A stretch of 64,000 bases of DNA. It comes from Antedon mediterranea. Lineage: Eukaryota; Animalia; Echinodermata. The stretch is taken from assembly GCF_964355755.1 (NCBI RefSeq), contig NC_092672.1:29332437-29396436 (forward strand), read 5' to 3'. The translations under genes and the position numbers were made by a program. This document shows, piece after piece, positions 1 through 12,764 of this stretch. How positions within the stretch are numbered: position 1 is the first letter of the stretch; every line of letters starts with the position of its first letter. A model generated the notes under the pieces. The model had not been told where the DNA came from, ran no database searches, and worked only from the letters and a program-made list of their open reading frames with translations.

Positions 1-1433
1 TTGTCCAAAAGGAAATTCATGTTGACATACATTTGCTCAAAATTAGTTGAAGGTTAGTAATACAGAAGAAGACACAAATATTTGAAAAATACAACAGAGC
101 TACAATATTACTCTGATAAACAACGATATTAACTAATAGTTAATTAAAAAGCCTGATTGAATGTGGAACAAAATAATTAAGGAAGCGTTTTGTTCTACCT
201 CGAGCAGTCCACAAATGCCTTACAGATCTTAACCATTGATAATTACTATGGAAAAATAAATTGAAAGACATAAAAAAAAAGATAATAAAAGTGCAAATGC
301 ATGTCACTAAAAAATAATGATATAGAAGTCAAGCACATGAAATTTATAACACTTGAGTGAAAATATCATTATTTTATTTACCATATAGAAAAAATGCTGG
401 TAGGTATGTACCTATGTTATATTAACTGTCAATAGAACATTTGCATACAAATTAAATAATTATGAAAATATTTTCACGTTCAAAGGTTACTTGCTTTAAT
501 ATCACAAACAAATAATACTTCCAAAGCTAAAAGTTAAAAATGTTATTGTTCATAAATTGTTATTTAAATTTAAAACACAATTTTATTTCTTTTTGACCTA
601 CAAAAAAAATTATATGGTTTTTGTTTATAAATCAGTAAAAATAAAAGTTGCAAGCCTGTTTGTGGTCATCTGTAACTGTAATTCAGACCTCCCACGATAA
701 TGGCGCGAAACTATGGATATTTCCAGTCATCTCCCGCCCTCCTGCTAAAAAGTTCTCCCAATATTTTGGATAAATAAAAAAACTATTGCGATATGCATAC
801 ATTTACAATTTACTACTAAACTCTAGATATAGATGAGAGAATGGGAAATATTGTAATATCAGTCTGTACGAATGTTTATAATCAATCAATTGCTTAGTTT
901 ATTTAGTTAAATAATGAGTTGGCACAACATTTTCCGCTTTATGCCTAACATATGTTTACCAATATGTTATTTTTATAGCGCAAACTATAGGTTCATAAAC
1001 CCTTCCGATATTTCATTTTTCCAAGTTTGGAGGTCTTGTTTTTTTTGTTGTTTCTAAAGGCCATTATTATAGGGATCAGTGTTCAAAGTCTTGTTTAGTG
1101 GTGTATTTTGATGTTTCGCATTCGTCCGAGTGATACCGGAACATTGGAACTGCACCAAATATTGCCACTTTTAAAGACCAACTGAACACTATTGACATCG
1201 AAAGTAATTCGTCAAAAGCACACTTCGCTATAAATTAATATTTTTGAACATGACCCAACATTAAACTGAGAAATTGATTTTGGTTTGAATTAGTTAATTC
1301 TTAATTAAGAAAAAAGGAGAATCTCTCTCCTTTACTTGCATTTTTCTTGATGTCATGTTTTTAATTAACATCATGTTGTAATGTTAGCATCTTTTTTTGT
1401 AGTGTCACTGACGTTTTTTTTCTGTTTTCGTAG

Positions 1434-4400
1434 ACTGGTAGTGATTTAAAGTCAAAAGAACACCATGCAACCAGGAACGCCATCGTTGAAAGTTATGCTA
1501 AACTCTTGCCGTCTGTTCAACGTAAACTTGCGTTTTCACCTGAAGCTAGTCATAAGAGGGCGACAGTCATCAAGAGAGAAGGTAATAGATTGTTGCTTTA
1601 CTCCAATCTTCCACTCTTTTTTTTTATTTCTATTCTCTTATGGGAAAAATATAAAACAAAATAGCATAATATATTAAGGATAAAAAAAAATAAAGGAAAG
1701 GCTGAATCTATTAGTTATGTTAATCTGTTGTACAGCACAATAGAACCCTCCTTTTTGGACACCTCTATTCAGGGGACATTCTTAAGGAACACCTTAAATG
1801 AATGGGGATATACATTTTAACACTACAGCCAACCTACCTCTATTCAGGGGACATTCTTAAGGAACACCTTGAATGAATGGGGATATACATTTTAACACTA
1901 CAGCCAACCTACCTCTATTCAGGGGACATTCTTAAGGAACACCTTGAATGAATGGGGATATACATTTTAACACTACAGCCAACCTACCTCTATTCAGAGG
2001 ACACCGAATGTGCCCCTGTTGTTGTTCTACTGTAGCATGTTATTAAAAGACAGATTCATTTCATTCAAAAACATGTTTTAAAAGATATTATGATTTTATT
2101 ACCAATTCTCAGTGCAAAGACCAAAGCCGTTGTCCACAGTGGTGAACCCTGCCAAGGCTAGCCAGGTCATTTCCCATTCAAGTCTTATCAACTCTGTCCT
2201 GGACAAGATAGCAGAGGCTAGAGAGCAAATTAAGGAACAGGACACACCATTCAAAAACAGGTATGTTTATTACATTTAGGTGACACTGTTTTTCTTAAGT
2301 CAAATTAGAATAGAATCAAAGATGTGTTCTCTGGTAGAATCTCACATTCCACATGTTGACCTCCAGGTCTTCTGTTCCATTACTATTAGTTAACTAAAAT
2401 AAATGTCAATAATTCTTGCTAAACCAGATGTTTTAGGCCAATTTTGAAACCAGACTGACAACTATATTTTCTGAGGAAACTGGAGATCACAGACCAGCCA
2501 GGACTGTGTCAGAGAAGTTTGAACCCCGCCCCCCCCCCCACACTTTTTTTTTTGTTAAACATTTTCATGCAATTACATTCTGGAAGATCATGATTTTTGA
2601 CAGTATATTGAATCACAAAAAGAGGATTTATGTGATTGGCATATTATTTTCAGGACTGAAGAACTTGTAGACATCACATGTAACATGCCATTTGTCACTA
2701 CGCCCATGGTTTCTCATTCAAAGTCACGCCTTAGGTAAGCTTATGTCAAATCTATATATTCTTAAGCTCTGTCTACACTATCAAACTCACAAAAAAAAAA
2801 GGGATTTGCCCATTATTACCATATTTGGGCATATCACTGCCATATCTAGGCACTTCACAAACTAGTTTGATAGTATAGACAGAACTTTAGTTAGTTACAA
2901 CTACAATACACTGTTAGTATAAATAAATTTAGTCCATTCATTTTGGTACCCCAAGGTAAGAACCTCTCATTAGATTGTTAATACATTTCTTATTTTTCTT
3001 TCTGTAGTCAAGGAACAGCGGAAACGATTTACCCCACCAATATTGAAGACATGATGGATGAGACGCTACCAGGTGCCGGTGCATTTTCTCCTCGTAAATC
3101 GTTCTCTCCAATAATCAAATCCAGTATACCTAATTTTTTAATGCAAGATACAATCAACAGGTAATGTAATTGAGGGATGCATCACAGCATTTTGTGTCAT
3201 CTCTCTAAAATAAAATTTCTTCCGATTTAAATATCATTAATAAAATCTCCAGATATTTTATTTTTTAATTAAGAGTCCATGATTTAATGAAAGATATTTG
3301 GGTTATAAAATTGTTTCACATTTATCAAAAGAATTATGTTGAATTGTATGAATTTTTTAAAGTTCAAGAAAGCAAGATGTTTTAAAGAAAATAATATAAT
3401 CAATAAAGAATAAAATTCATACAATATACTGTACTGATTAAATCATTCTTATTTATCATGCCGTCATTTGATTGGACATTTAAAAATATTATTATAATGT
3501 AATGTATAAATGGTAACCATATGTAATTCTAGGATGAAACCTTGTTTTTGTTTTCTGTTGGATATTATAAACATATCTGTTTATTGTTGTTCAATAGGGA
3601 GTTTTCGCAACCTTACGAATACGATAACGAAAACGGATACGTCACACATTTGTGAAACTTTTGAGCTGATCCCCATTTCATATTCGTAAAGCGTATTCGT
3701 GTTGACGAATATCACCAGTCATATTCGTAACTACAAAACGAGTATAGTTTTTGATCTATTTTGCACATTTTGCATTTGAATCAGGAATGATTCATGATTA
3801 TAATATAATTATACTTTTATTGAAAGTAATTTACTAAAATGCCAGGTCAATTTTTATAAATAGCAGTTTTTAAAGTCCTCACTCGCTTTGATGTTACGCT
3901 AGGCCTAGGCAGCCAAGCACCAAGCAACACGTACCTGCGCTTCGCTCAAATTTACCACAGTCATATTTTGGACGGCGCCCTCAATATTTCGTTGCCATGC
4001 GAAACAGATTTTTACTGGCTTACGAAAAAGGAATACGTGTGCGTGGCGTATCCGTTTTCGTTATCGTATTTGTAAGGTTGCGAAAACTCCCTATTATTGT
4101 CCTATTTTAACATATACCTTATACTTTTTTTTTATTTAGGTTGAACTACACTGGTGCTGATAGGCTTTCATTATTACAAACTCCACCTATTAAAAAAGTA
4201 AGGTTCTCACTTTTGTACTAATTCAATGTCTCTAAATAAAACATTTTTTTATATACATATTTACGCAAATTGCCAAGGATAACTGTAATCAAATTCATTT
4301 TTGGGAGTGAAGTTGTAATTTGTCCCCAAAAAAAATTCAGATCCACAACAGGACTTGAACCCAGGACCTTTGGATTGGTAGCCAGGCATGAGAACCACCA

Positions 4401-7400
4401 AGCCACAATTCCACTCCAATTTGTGACTGTTAATTAAAATTAATTGTTTTTTGTCTACCAAACAGAGGTCACCAGGTCATTTAAGACGTCCACGGATGCC
4501 TACGCAACAGACACCTCAGTCGATTCTGAAGGTACAAGAAAAATCAAAACATCCGGCTTTGAGAACTATAGGAGGCACACAAACAGGTATGCACACAGAT
4601 TTGTATTGATTGCGTTTTTATAAGATAATCATCTCAAAGCGAAATGGACCAGATGTTACAACTTTCATCTCCTCTAGGGGTCCCTTTATGTTGAGTGTTG
4701 CCACCAAACGGTGCTCATACAAACTTGGTTTTTTTAAAGTGCATACAAGCCAGATGTGTACCACAACTACCCCCATCAGAACTGTGGTCAAAGATCCTTG
4801 AATCTGTGCTGCTTTTTTTGGATATAACTTGCGGTGCCCCCTGCCTTAACTGCCTAGTGAAAGAGATCCTTGAACCTGTGCCGCTTTTTTGGATATAGCT
4901 TGTGGTGCCCCCTGCCTTAACTGCCTGGTGAAGCCACCTAGTGTCGGATTTTTTGTCTTGTTTCTAAAAATGTAAAAGACTAGCTACTGCAGAACAGTTA
5001 CTAGCTTAACTGTAAAACAACAACTAACTGATTCATTCACTCAACCACAAAATATTAATGTTAGGTAATAGTAATAATATTTAATAATCTTTGAATTCAG
5101 AAATGTCAGATTCTGTGAGAGCTACTGCCATAAATAAGATGCCACCACCAATCTTCTCCATGCACGATGACCAGCAGTCTGCTCCAACGCCACAGACATC
5201 ACTACCAAAGCATATACGCTTCTCCACTGTCACAGAGAGGTCACCATCTCCTGACGATATGGATCAGTAAGCAACATTTATTCCCGATATTTTGAGTCAT
5301 TCTCCCAGGAAACCTTTCATGATAATGTATACATTTATTATTTTCTGCTTTTTGCCATGTCTGGAAAGCACCTGGCATCCATTGTAAAAGGGAGATACTT
5401 CAGATCATTTCAAATAATTTTATGAGTGTTTTTTTTTCCAATTTTGAAATCGCTCTCTTGTTTGGCTATGCTTTCATATTTGTGTATTTTTTTTTATATG
5501 GCCGACATTTGTCGCAAACAACAATATCAATTAGTTTTACATTCATCTAAATAAAAGATGAAACTAAGAAAGGACTGTTTAAAGCACATTGATTAGTCCT
5601 ATCATTGATCATGGGCTTCTCTCGTCCAGTGCCCACCTTGACCAGAGGAAAGGCATGTCATAAGAGTCAGCAGTGCTGATTTAAAATGCCCAATGGGACC
5701 TCAGCTCCATATACAGCACCTGATATTCTTTTAGATGGTCTTCCATCCAAGCTCTAACAAGGCCCAATGTTGCTTAACTTTGCTGATCTGATGAGAATTG
5801 GTGTTTCAACGTGTTTCGTAGATTATCCTGATATTTCATTTTTTTACCCATTCAGATCAGACACTAGAGTTTCTATTGAAGTTGAAGGATCAGCAACTCC
5901 AGAATTCCTCACACCAGAAAAAGTCGACAAAGAAGAAGAAGATGAGGATGCAAGGTTTAGCACTCCTGAGCAAGAGGTTAGGAAAAGTTTGATAATGCAG
6001 ACACCAGAACAAGAGGAAGTTTTAGAAGACATTAAATTGCAAACACCAGAAGAAGTAATGGAAGATGTCAAAGAAAGAGGAGTTAAGGATGAATCAATAG
6101 ATACTGAAATCACTTTTACTATTGATGTCCGGCCATCGAAAGAAGTGGATCATCCACACGCAGAAGAGATGGAACAAGACACACCAGTAGACCAACAAAC
6201 AGGTATTACAAACATTCGTTGCTCATGGATGGCAACATTTATTTAAGTCTAGCTCTGGGTAAAAATGTAAGATTTCTAATGATTTATGTTACTCTCATTT
6301 TTTATAGATGCCTCAGCATGTGGAGCTCTTCCAGCTGTTCCTTTAGCACATTTTCCAATTAAGTCAATGGCTCAATCCCCAAACTCACCAGTCCTAACAT
6401 CTCCATTACAATTTGGTAATACGACTCCGCCTTCGGTAAAGCGCTCTCCTCTTAGTGAGATATTAGTAAGTAAACATTTAGAAATGTTTGATGAGAAAAT
6501 GGATGTTGTCCCACCATCGCCATCAAGATCTGCACTGACTCCTCCGGCATCTGCGGAGTCTTCACCAATGACCGCAGCGATGTCAAAGTCGGTGTCTTTT
6601 GCACCAACAAGTGGTCTCCTTAAGAAAGACAAAGCAGTTCATTCTCAGACATTTGCGGAGATTTCAATCCAGACCACTCCTGGGTTGTTACTCAGGCAAG
6701 AGAGTTCTACAACTAAGAAACCATCATTCACTGCGTCTTTGACGACGTCTCCAGAAGCAGCTGTTGAACAAGATGACAGGATAGATTTAGGGTTACCAAC
6801 ATCACCAATAGATATAGGTTAGTTACAATGGTTCATCTTTATATAACATTCTATCATCTAGACAAGCCTTGTAATTTTTATAACAATTCTATATAATACG
6901 ACTGTTAATGGTATACTTAACTATAATAATAGTTATTTATATAATAACTAAATATATTTCTGTCATTTGATTGGACCATTGTGGTTCACATAGCGTGCAA
7001 TAGTATACAAATTATAAATGTTTATGAGTGTAATTGTACAAATAATGGCATGAGGTGAATGATGAAAGGTTATATCAACGAGACAACGCCGAGTTGATGT
7101 AACCTTTCATCATTCAACAATCAAGTTATATAATATGCACTATTTAACGATCGTTAAAATATTTTTTTAAGACCATTACTTTAGAAATCCAAAAGCTTGA
7201 TGGTACCTCATGCCATTAATCCACTCATAAACATTCATTATTTGTATAATATAGACCAATTCTAATTATATCCATTTATCTAATGTAAGTTTACAATGGT
7301 TCTTATAGATTCAACTTCACCAGTCAAACAAGAGCCTGGTAGTCCAGAGATCCCTATTCCAGAGTTGGATTCCCCAACTTGGTCTGCTAGTTCTTCTAAA

Positions 7401-10400
7401 CTGCCAACCATCAAGCAAGAACCTGTGAAAAAAGAAGGTACATAAAAACAGTATGATTTTAATAACACTTACCTGATATGTTAATATGGTGCTAATTTTT
7501 TGGTTCAAACATGCCTGGAAATATACTCCCATAATGTTGCAGCCAGTAATCAGTCCTACCAGGTACCCATTTGTACACCTGGGTGGAGAGAGGCAAATGT
7601 AAGTATCTTGCCTAAGGATTCAAGCAATGTGACAAACGTTGGATTCGAAAACACGATCAATAGTCTAGTCTAGTCTAACACACTGCGTCATATGTCCCTA
7701 TGATTTATGAATATTGATTACATAATGTTGGTAGAAGTTTTAATATATAAGAATTAATATTTTACCTTTGCTAAATTTGTGTTAATATTTGTTCTTCTTC
7801 CCTTCAAAGGTTCACCAAAGCAACATATTGGAACACCGTCATTTATTTTCTCACCTCCACAAACTCGTTCTTGGGCAAAACGTTCTGCAAGAAAAACTCT
7901 AACTAAAGTTGCCGCACCTTCACCAGCTCCTGCAATGACACCTGGTCTTCTGACAAACCTATCAACGCCTGCATCATCTGGTGTGAGACAACTAAGGACT
8001 GGTTCTGGTTCAACTAGGAGAACAATTGGTGGACGGACTTCTGCATATGCTGGTGGTAGCAGTAACGATACTCCTGCTGATGTTAAGACTCCTGCTCCAA
8101 CACCACAAATGATTGCTGTTCGTCAAGCCATTGCTACTAGGTCAAGAGGATATAAAAAAGATGTGGATATTTCAGTAACCAAAAGAAATACACGGTAAAA
8201 CATTTATTGCCTCCATTCATTTTGTCAGAAATTGTCATTGCTGAGATTATTTTTTTTGCCTCTTAAATTCTCATTTAGTAACTGTACTATTATAATCTTA
8301 CCTGTTATCAACACTCATATTTTTATTGACTATTATGTTTGTCTTTATTATCATCATTATCAACATTGTCATCATAATCGTCATCATCAACATTATCATC
8401 ATTATTGTTATCACTAACATTATTATCACATTCATCACCAACTGTCATCATTGTAATATTCATCACCAACTTTGTCATCCTTGTCATATCCATCACCAAC
8501 ATTGTCATCATTGTCATATCCATCACCAACTTTGTCATCATTGTCACATTCATCACAACATTGTCACATTCATTTCTGCCATTGTCACATTCATCACCAA
8601 CTTTGTCATCATTGTAATATTCATCACCAACTTTGTCATCATTGTAACATTCATCACCAACTTTGTCATCATTGTCACATTCATCACCAACTTTGTCATC
8701 ATTGTCACATTCAGCACCAACTTTGGCATAATTTTCACATTCATCAACTTTGTCATCATTGTCACATTCAGCACCAACTTTGGCATAATTTTCACATTCA
8801 TCAAATTTGTCATCATTGTCACATTCATCACCAACTTTGTCATCATTGTCACATTCATCACCAACTTTGTTATCATTGACACATTCATTACTAACTTTGT
8901 CATCATTGTCACATTCATCACCAACTTTGTAATCATTGTCACATTCACCACCAACTTTGTCATCATTGTCACATCACCAACTTTGTCATCATTGTCACAT
9001 TCATCACCAACATTGTCATTGTGGCATTCATCACCAACTTTGCCATTATTGTCACATTTATCACCAACTTTGTTATCATTGTCACATTCATCACCAACTT
9101 TGTCATCATTGTCACATTCATCACCAACTTTGTTATCATTGACACATTCATTACTAACTTTGTCATCATTGTCACATTCATCACCAACTTTAGCATCATT
9201 GTCACATTCACCACCAACTTTGTCATCATTGTCACATCACCAACTTTGTCATCATTGTCACATTCATCACCAACATTGTCATTGTTGCATTCATCACCAA
9301 CTTTGCCATTATTGTCACATTTATCACCAACTTTGTTATCATTGTCCTATTCATCACCAACTTTGTCATCATTGTCACATTCATCACCAACTTTGTCATC
9401 ATTGTCACATTCGTCACCAACTTTGTCATCATTGTCACATTTGTCACCAACTTAGTCAACATTGTCACATTCATCACCAACTTTAGCATCATTGTCACAT
9501 TCATCACCAACTTTGTCATCATTGTCACATTCATCACCAACTTTGTCATCATTGTCACATTCATCACCAACTTTTTCATTGTCACATTCATCACCAACCG
9601 CTTTGTCATCATTGTCACATTCATCACCAACTTTGTCATCATTGTCACATTCATCACCAACTTTGTCATCATTGTCACATTCATCACCAACTTTTTCATC
9701 ATTGTCACATTCATCACCAACCGCTTTGTCATCATTGTCACATTCATCACCAACTTTGTCATCATTGTCACATTCATCACCAACTTTGTCATCATTGTCA
9801 CATTCATCACCAACTTTGTCATCATTGTCGCATTCATCACAAACTTTGTCATTATTGTCACATTCATCACCAACTTTGTCATCATTGTCACATTCATCAC
9901 CAACTTTGTCATCATTTTCACATTCATCACCACCTTTGTCATAATAATAATAATAATAATACCAGATTTATATAGCGCCCTTTTCATGAGTAATCATGAT
10001 CAAAGGCGCTTTACAAGCATTATTACCCCAGTATTTGTTGGGATCAAACACGTATGGAAACATACTCCCATAATGCAGCCGGTAACCAGCGCAGTTGTGT
10101 CTAGATCTAACTGGGTACCCATTTATACACCTGGGTGGAGAGAGGCAACGTAAGTAAAGTATCTTGCCTACGGATACAAGCAATGCGGCGAGAGTTGGAT
10201 TCGAACCTAGGTCTGACGATCGGTAGTCCAACGTCCAACACACTGCGCCACACACCAGCATTGTCTTCCATTATTTTCATCACCAGCATTGTCTTCCATT
10301 ATTTTCATCACCTTTACCAGTAACAGTTTTTACCATTCACCTAAATTTCACTTTTCATTTCACAAGCACAGTTATTTTTCTCATTTGTCAACAGGGCGAG

Positions 10401-10569
10401 GAAGTCACCTGTGCAGAGCTTAGACAATTATCCTATTGTACTCATATCTCCCCTGAAATATGAAGATGAAAAACCAGTTACACGGAGCAATCCACGAAAG
10501 GTTGTCCACTCGCACAAGATGACATTACGAACACCAAAAGAACGCAAAAGACATGTGAAGCTATGGTGA
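1434..10569 (+). CDS. AHCTF1: ELYS / AT-hook-containing transcription factor 1 (nucleoporin), 5'-partial; 12 coding exons in window, about 806 aa
   Basis: Phase-consistent GT-AG exons: 1434-1581, 2113-2260, 2654-2734, 3008-3160, 4140-4197, 4466-4586, 5101-5266, 5856-6202, 6308-6817, 7309-7437, 7810-8194, 10395-10569 (TGA); total 2421 nt, divisible by 3. Translation RNAIVESYAKLLPSVQRKLA...VQRPKPLS...LINSVLDKIAE, LLQTP, TPQSILK, KHIRF and C-terminal IVLISPL match recalled vertebrate ELYS (RNSILDQYGKILPRVHRKLA, VSRPKPLS, FINNVLSKIGE, TPQSILR, IRLISPL). The real frame of the first exon differs from the ORF-track call at 1465. Confidence 0.9.
1761..2004. repeat. 75-bp tandem repeat (about 3.3 copies) inside a Tc1/pogo-like MITE remnant in an ELYS intron
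   Basis: ACCTCTATTCAG recurs at 1761, 1836, 1911 and 1986. Flanks (tagaaccc...gttctactgta) resemble similar fragments at about 43720-44130. Confidence 0.8.
2765..2886. mobile_element. PIF/Harbinger-like MITE family (TIR AGCTCTGTCTACACTATCAAACT)
   Basis: TIRs with TTA on both flanks and internal 21-bp GATATGCCCAAATATGGTAGT-type repeats. Other copies at about 13203-13334, 29967-30164 and 62144-62299, degenerate at about 45865-45975. Confidence 0.7.
3596..4092. mobile_element. MITE with about 46-bp TIRs (AGGGAG...), AT flanks; Harbinger/ISL2EU-like
   Basis: AGGGAGTTTTCGCAACCTTACGAATACGATAACGAAAACGGATACG is inverted at the other end. An internally deleted copy lies at 12765-13129. Confidence 0.8.
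4322..4416 (-). mobile_element. tRNA-derived SINE head (family B)
   Basis: Minus strand has A box TGGCTTGGTGG and B box GGTTCAAGTCC. Head matches the copy at 43190-43385. Confidence 0.65.
5575..5822 (-). mobile_element. 5S rRNA-derived SINE (SINE3-type) or 5S pseudogene with attached body, in an ELYS intron
   Basis: Reverse complement of 5711-5822 (..TTCTCATCAGATCAGCAAAGTTAAGCAACATTGGGCCTTGTTAGAGCTTGGATGGAAGACC..GAATATCAGGTGCTGTA) aligns by eye over the full length of 5S rRNA with CpG decay. It is followed by about 135 nt of non-5S body instead of an oligo-T terminator. Confidence 0.75.
7005..7250. mobile_element. Foldback repeat with nested inverted arms (non-autonomous DNA element remnant)
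   Basis: Inner hairpin TGAATGATGAAAGGTTATATCAAC / GTTGATGTAACCTTTCATCATTCA (7056-7116); outer arms TAATGGCATGAGGT / ACCTCATGCCATTA. Confidence 0.55.
8345..9941. repeat. 30-bp minisatellite (TCATCACCAACTTTGTCATCATTGTCACAT), about 50 copies, in the last ELYS intron
   Basis: Unit visible directly. It generates the spurious His/Cys/Ser-rich ORFs in the ORF track. Confidence 0.95.
9942..10258 (-). mobile_element. tRNA-derived SINE (family A) with conserved central domain and L2-like 3' tail
   Basis: Minus strand: A/B boxes (TGGCGCAGTGTG...GGTTCGAATCC), core CTCTCTCCACCCAGGTGTATAAATGGGTACC, tail GTAAAGCGCC...GGCGCTATATAAAT plus (TTA)n. Further copies at about 7500-7700 (-) and 17210-17470 (+). 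Confidence 0.85.
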
Positions 10570-11945
10570 AGCGTGAATATAGTATTTTGTTGCTAGAATT
10601 TTATAACGGGCGAATTAGTGAGGGCGGTAGATTATTAATTTTCCGGTGTAAGTTGGTTTCATGGACACATTTGTCGCCAACTTTGGTGGGTAGGAACCAA
10701 TTTCGCCAGGTAAATAACTACGCATAGACATGCCCTGGGTTTGGGTCTTGAAAGATTTTGGGTTTTCAGTTATTTGTAAAAGACTGTACAGTACATTTTT
10801 CTTGATAGGAGTCAGTAATGTACACAGATTAACTGTCCACATTAAGTAGCCCTAACTTGTGCTAAATGGTTTGATAATTCCATAATCATGTTTAAAGTTA
10901 ATACAAGACTTGTATAGTACTTTTATAATTGAACTTAAGAGATATGGAGTTGAATAGAATTTTAGCAAACAATACAATTTGAGATAAGGTTTAAATCTAT
11001 GGAATTCAAATAGAAGGGTATTCAATAAGACTTATCAACCAACAACAAATGTTTACCATACAATTTTGCATTGTGGGTCATAAAATCAAAACTTTATTGA
11101 GGAGTTAAAATGCTGTTACTAATAACGGTTTGAAATTTAAACAAAACAGCGAAAGCTGCATGCAAAAATAATTGGAAGTTCTTCAGAGAGGATAATAACG
11201 ATGAGAAGCCATGGTATCATAAACTACAAAACAATAGAACAAAGAAATTTACACATAAAAAAAAAATGTACACGCTTAAAAAACATTCTGTGTTGTGATA
11301 GCGTCGGCTGATAGCCAATTTCCAAAATTGGCATAGTTACAAAAGCTATCAGAACAATTGGCACAAATATACTAATAGGTATTGCTGTATTACGCAAACA
11401 AAAAGGGAAAATATGTTATTTACAGAAAAAATAACTATGAATAACAATAGAGGATATGCTATTAAAACTAGGTGCTGTTTGTTTTAAGGTCATGCCTATA
11501 TTTAATTTAATATTGAGGGGTTTTCTTAATTTAAAAAAGGGTCTGCACAGCATATGCTGAAGTGCAGTATATATAAAAAACAAAAGTTTATTTCAAGTTT
11601 TATATATGAGCTACTTAATGAGCTACTCAATTTCGTATTAAATGTTATGTCAGAGATATGGTAAATGTATATTAATTGAAATAAAATTGCTACTTATTAC
11701 AAAGAGATATTAATTTTATTTCTTAAACTAAAGCACTGTTAAAATGGTGTCTCCTGAATTTGGGTGTTCAAAGGATGGGTTTGACTTCAGTATATACAAA
11801 GACCCAAGATTTAACAGATTTGATATTAAAAGAATTAAGGTATACATATTTATAAGTTGTAGATAATAGATTTAGATAATTTTTTCATGAGTCGAATGAT
11901 GTGTATATACATTACGGTGTATGAATTGACTGTTATATATATCGA

Positions 11946-12262
11946 GCCGGCCCGCGATTTGTTTTTCGTACATAAGTGAGGGACTCCTTATGTTAAAGAT
12001 AGCCGACCTACTTCCTAAATATAACTTAACCCTCTAAATAATCTCTCTCTTACTGTAAACGAAACGAACCCCTTCGATATACAAAGTCTAACTACAGTAT
12101 TCGACTACACAGACGGGTCGACGGAAAGCATTAGCGAATTGCAGTCTTAATTCTTACGTCACACCTTATGTATACTAGTAATTAATTATTCATGTTTATT
12201 TTGTGACGTTTCATGAATGATTCCCAACTTATGTACGAAAAAGACAATATCGCGTCCGGCCC
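11946..12262. mobile_element. MITE with imperfect TIRs
   Basis: GCCGGCCCGCGATTTGTTTTTCGTACATAAGT is inverted as ACTTATGTACGAAAAAGACAATATCGCGTCCGGC. Confidence 0.6.
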
Positions 12263-12764
12263 ACTTTACAGGTGAGTTTGCCGTCGCCCAAAAGTCATGC
12301 TTCACACGTTTGCGCGTATATAACAATTTCACTTATTTTACAAAAACACAAGCATGAGCAGCACAGTAGTAGGGGAAACATGTAATGCATCGTACGTGAT
12401 AGGCCTGCAAATTTAATCAAAAACTTTCACACAGATTATTTTATTTAAGTGGTGTGTAGGTGGTATGTTTGTATCCTTCAAAAGATTTTACTAAACCAAC
12501 AATGTCTCAATCAGCGTGCCTACGCACTAAGATCGTCCGATAGTAGAACACACGATTTTTTTTAGATAATAACTGGTGGGGTGTTTATTTAAGTAACGTT
12601 ATCGAAATTATTCCTACGCGTTTCAAATTTATTTGAACATAAAATAGATTTTGACAAGTTTTGCTTTGGGTGTGTGTATGCATTGTTTATCGTTTGTACA
12701 GTAGACACACTTGGTAAGAGTGTCCACTGAATAGAGGTAGACTTTAATGTTGCAAAGAGATAAT

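Noticed and set aside
690-745. E2F-like sites (GGCGCGAAA, TCTCCCGCC) suggesting a cell-cycle promoter
   Set aside because: The region is inside an ELYS intron (the gene starts upstream of the window) and a similar string recurs at about 57880, so it is probably repeat-derived.
1465-1677. 70-aa ORF with a good Kozak ATG as the start of the first gene
   Set aside because: Wrong frame. The ELYS-like peptide is in the frame starting at 1434 and only that frame splices in phase to 2113.
5711-5822. Functional 5S rRNA gene
   Set aside because: Many substitutions and lost CpGs, no terminator, solitary intronic copy.
8232-9987. Long His/Cys-, Ser/Thr- and Met/Val-rich ORFs on both strands
   Set aside because: Translations of a 30-bp intronic minisatellite; the flanking ELYS exons splice in phase across it.
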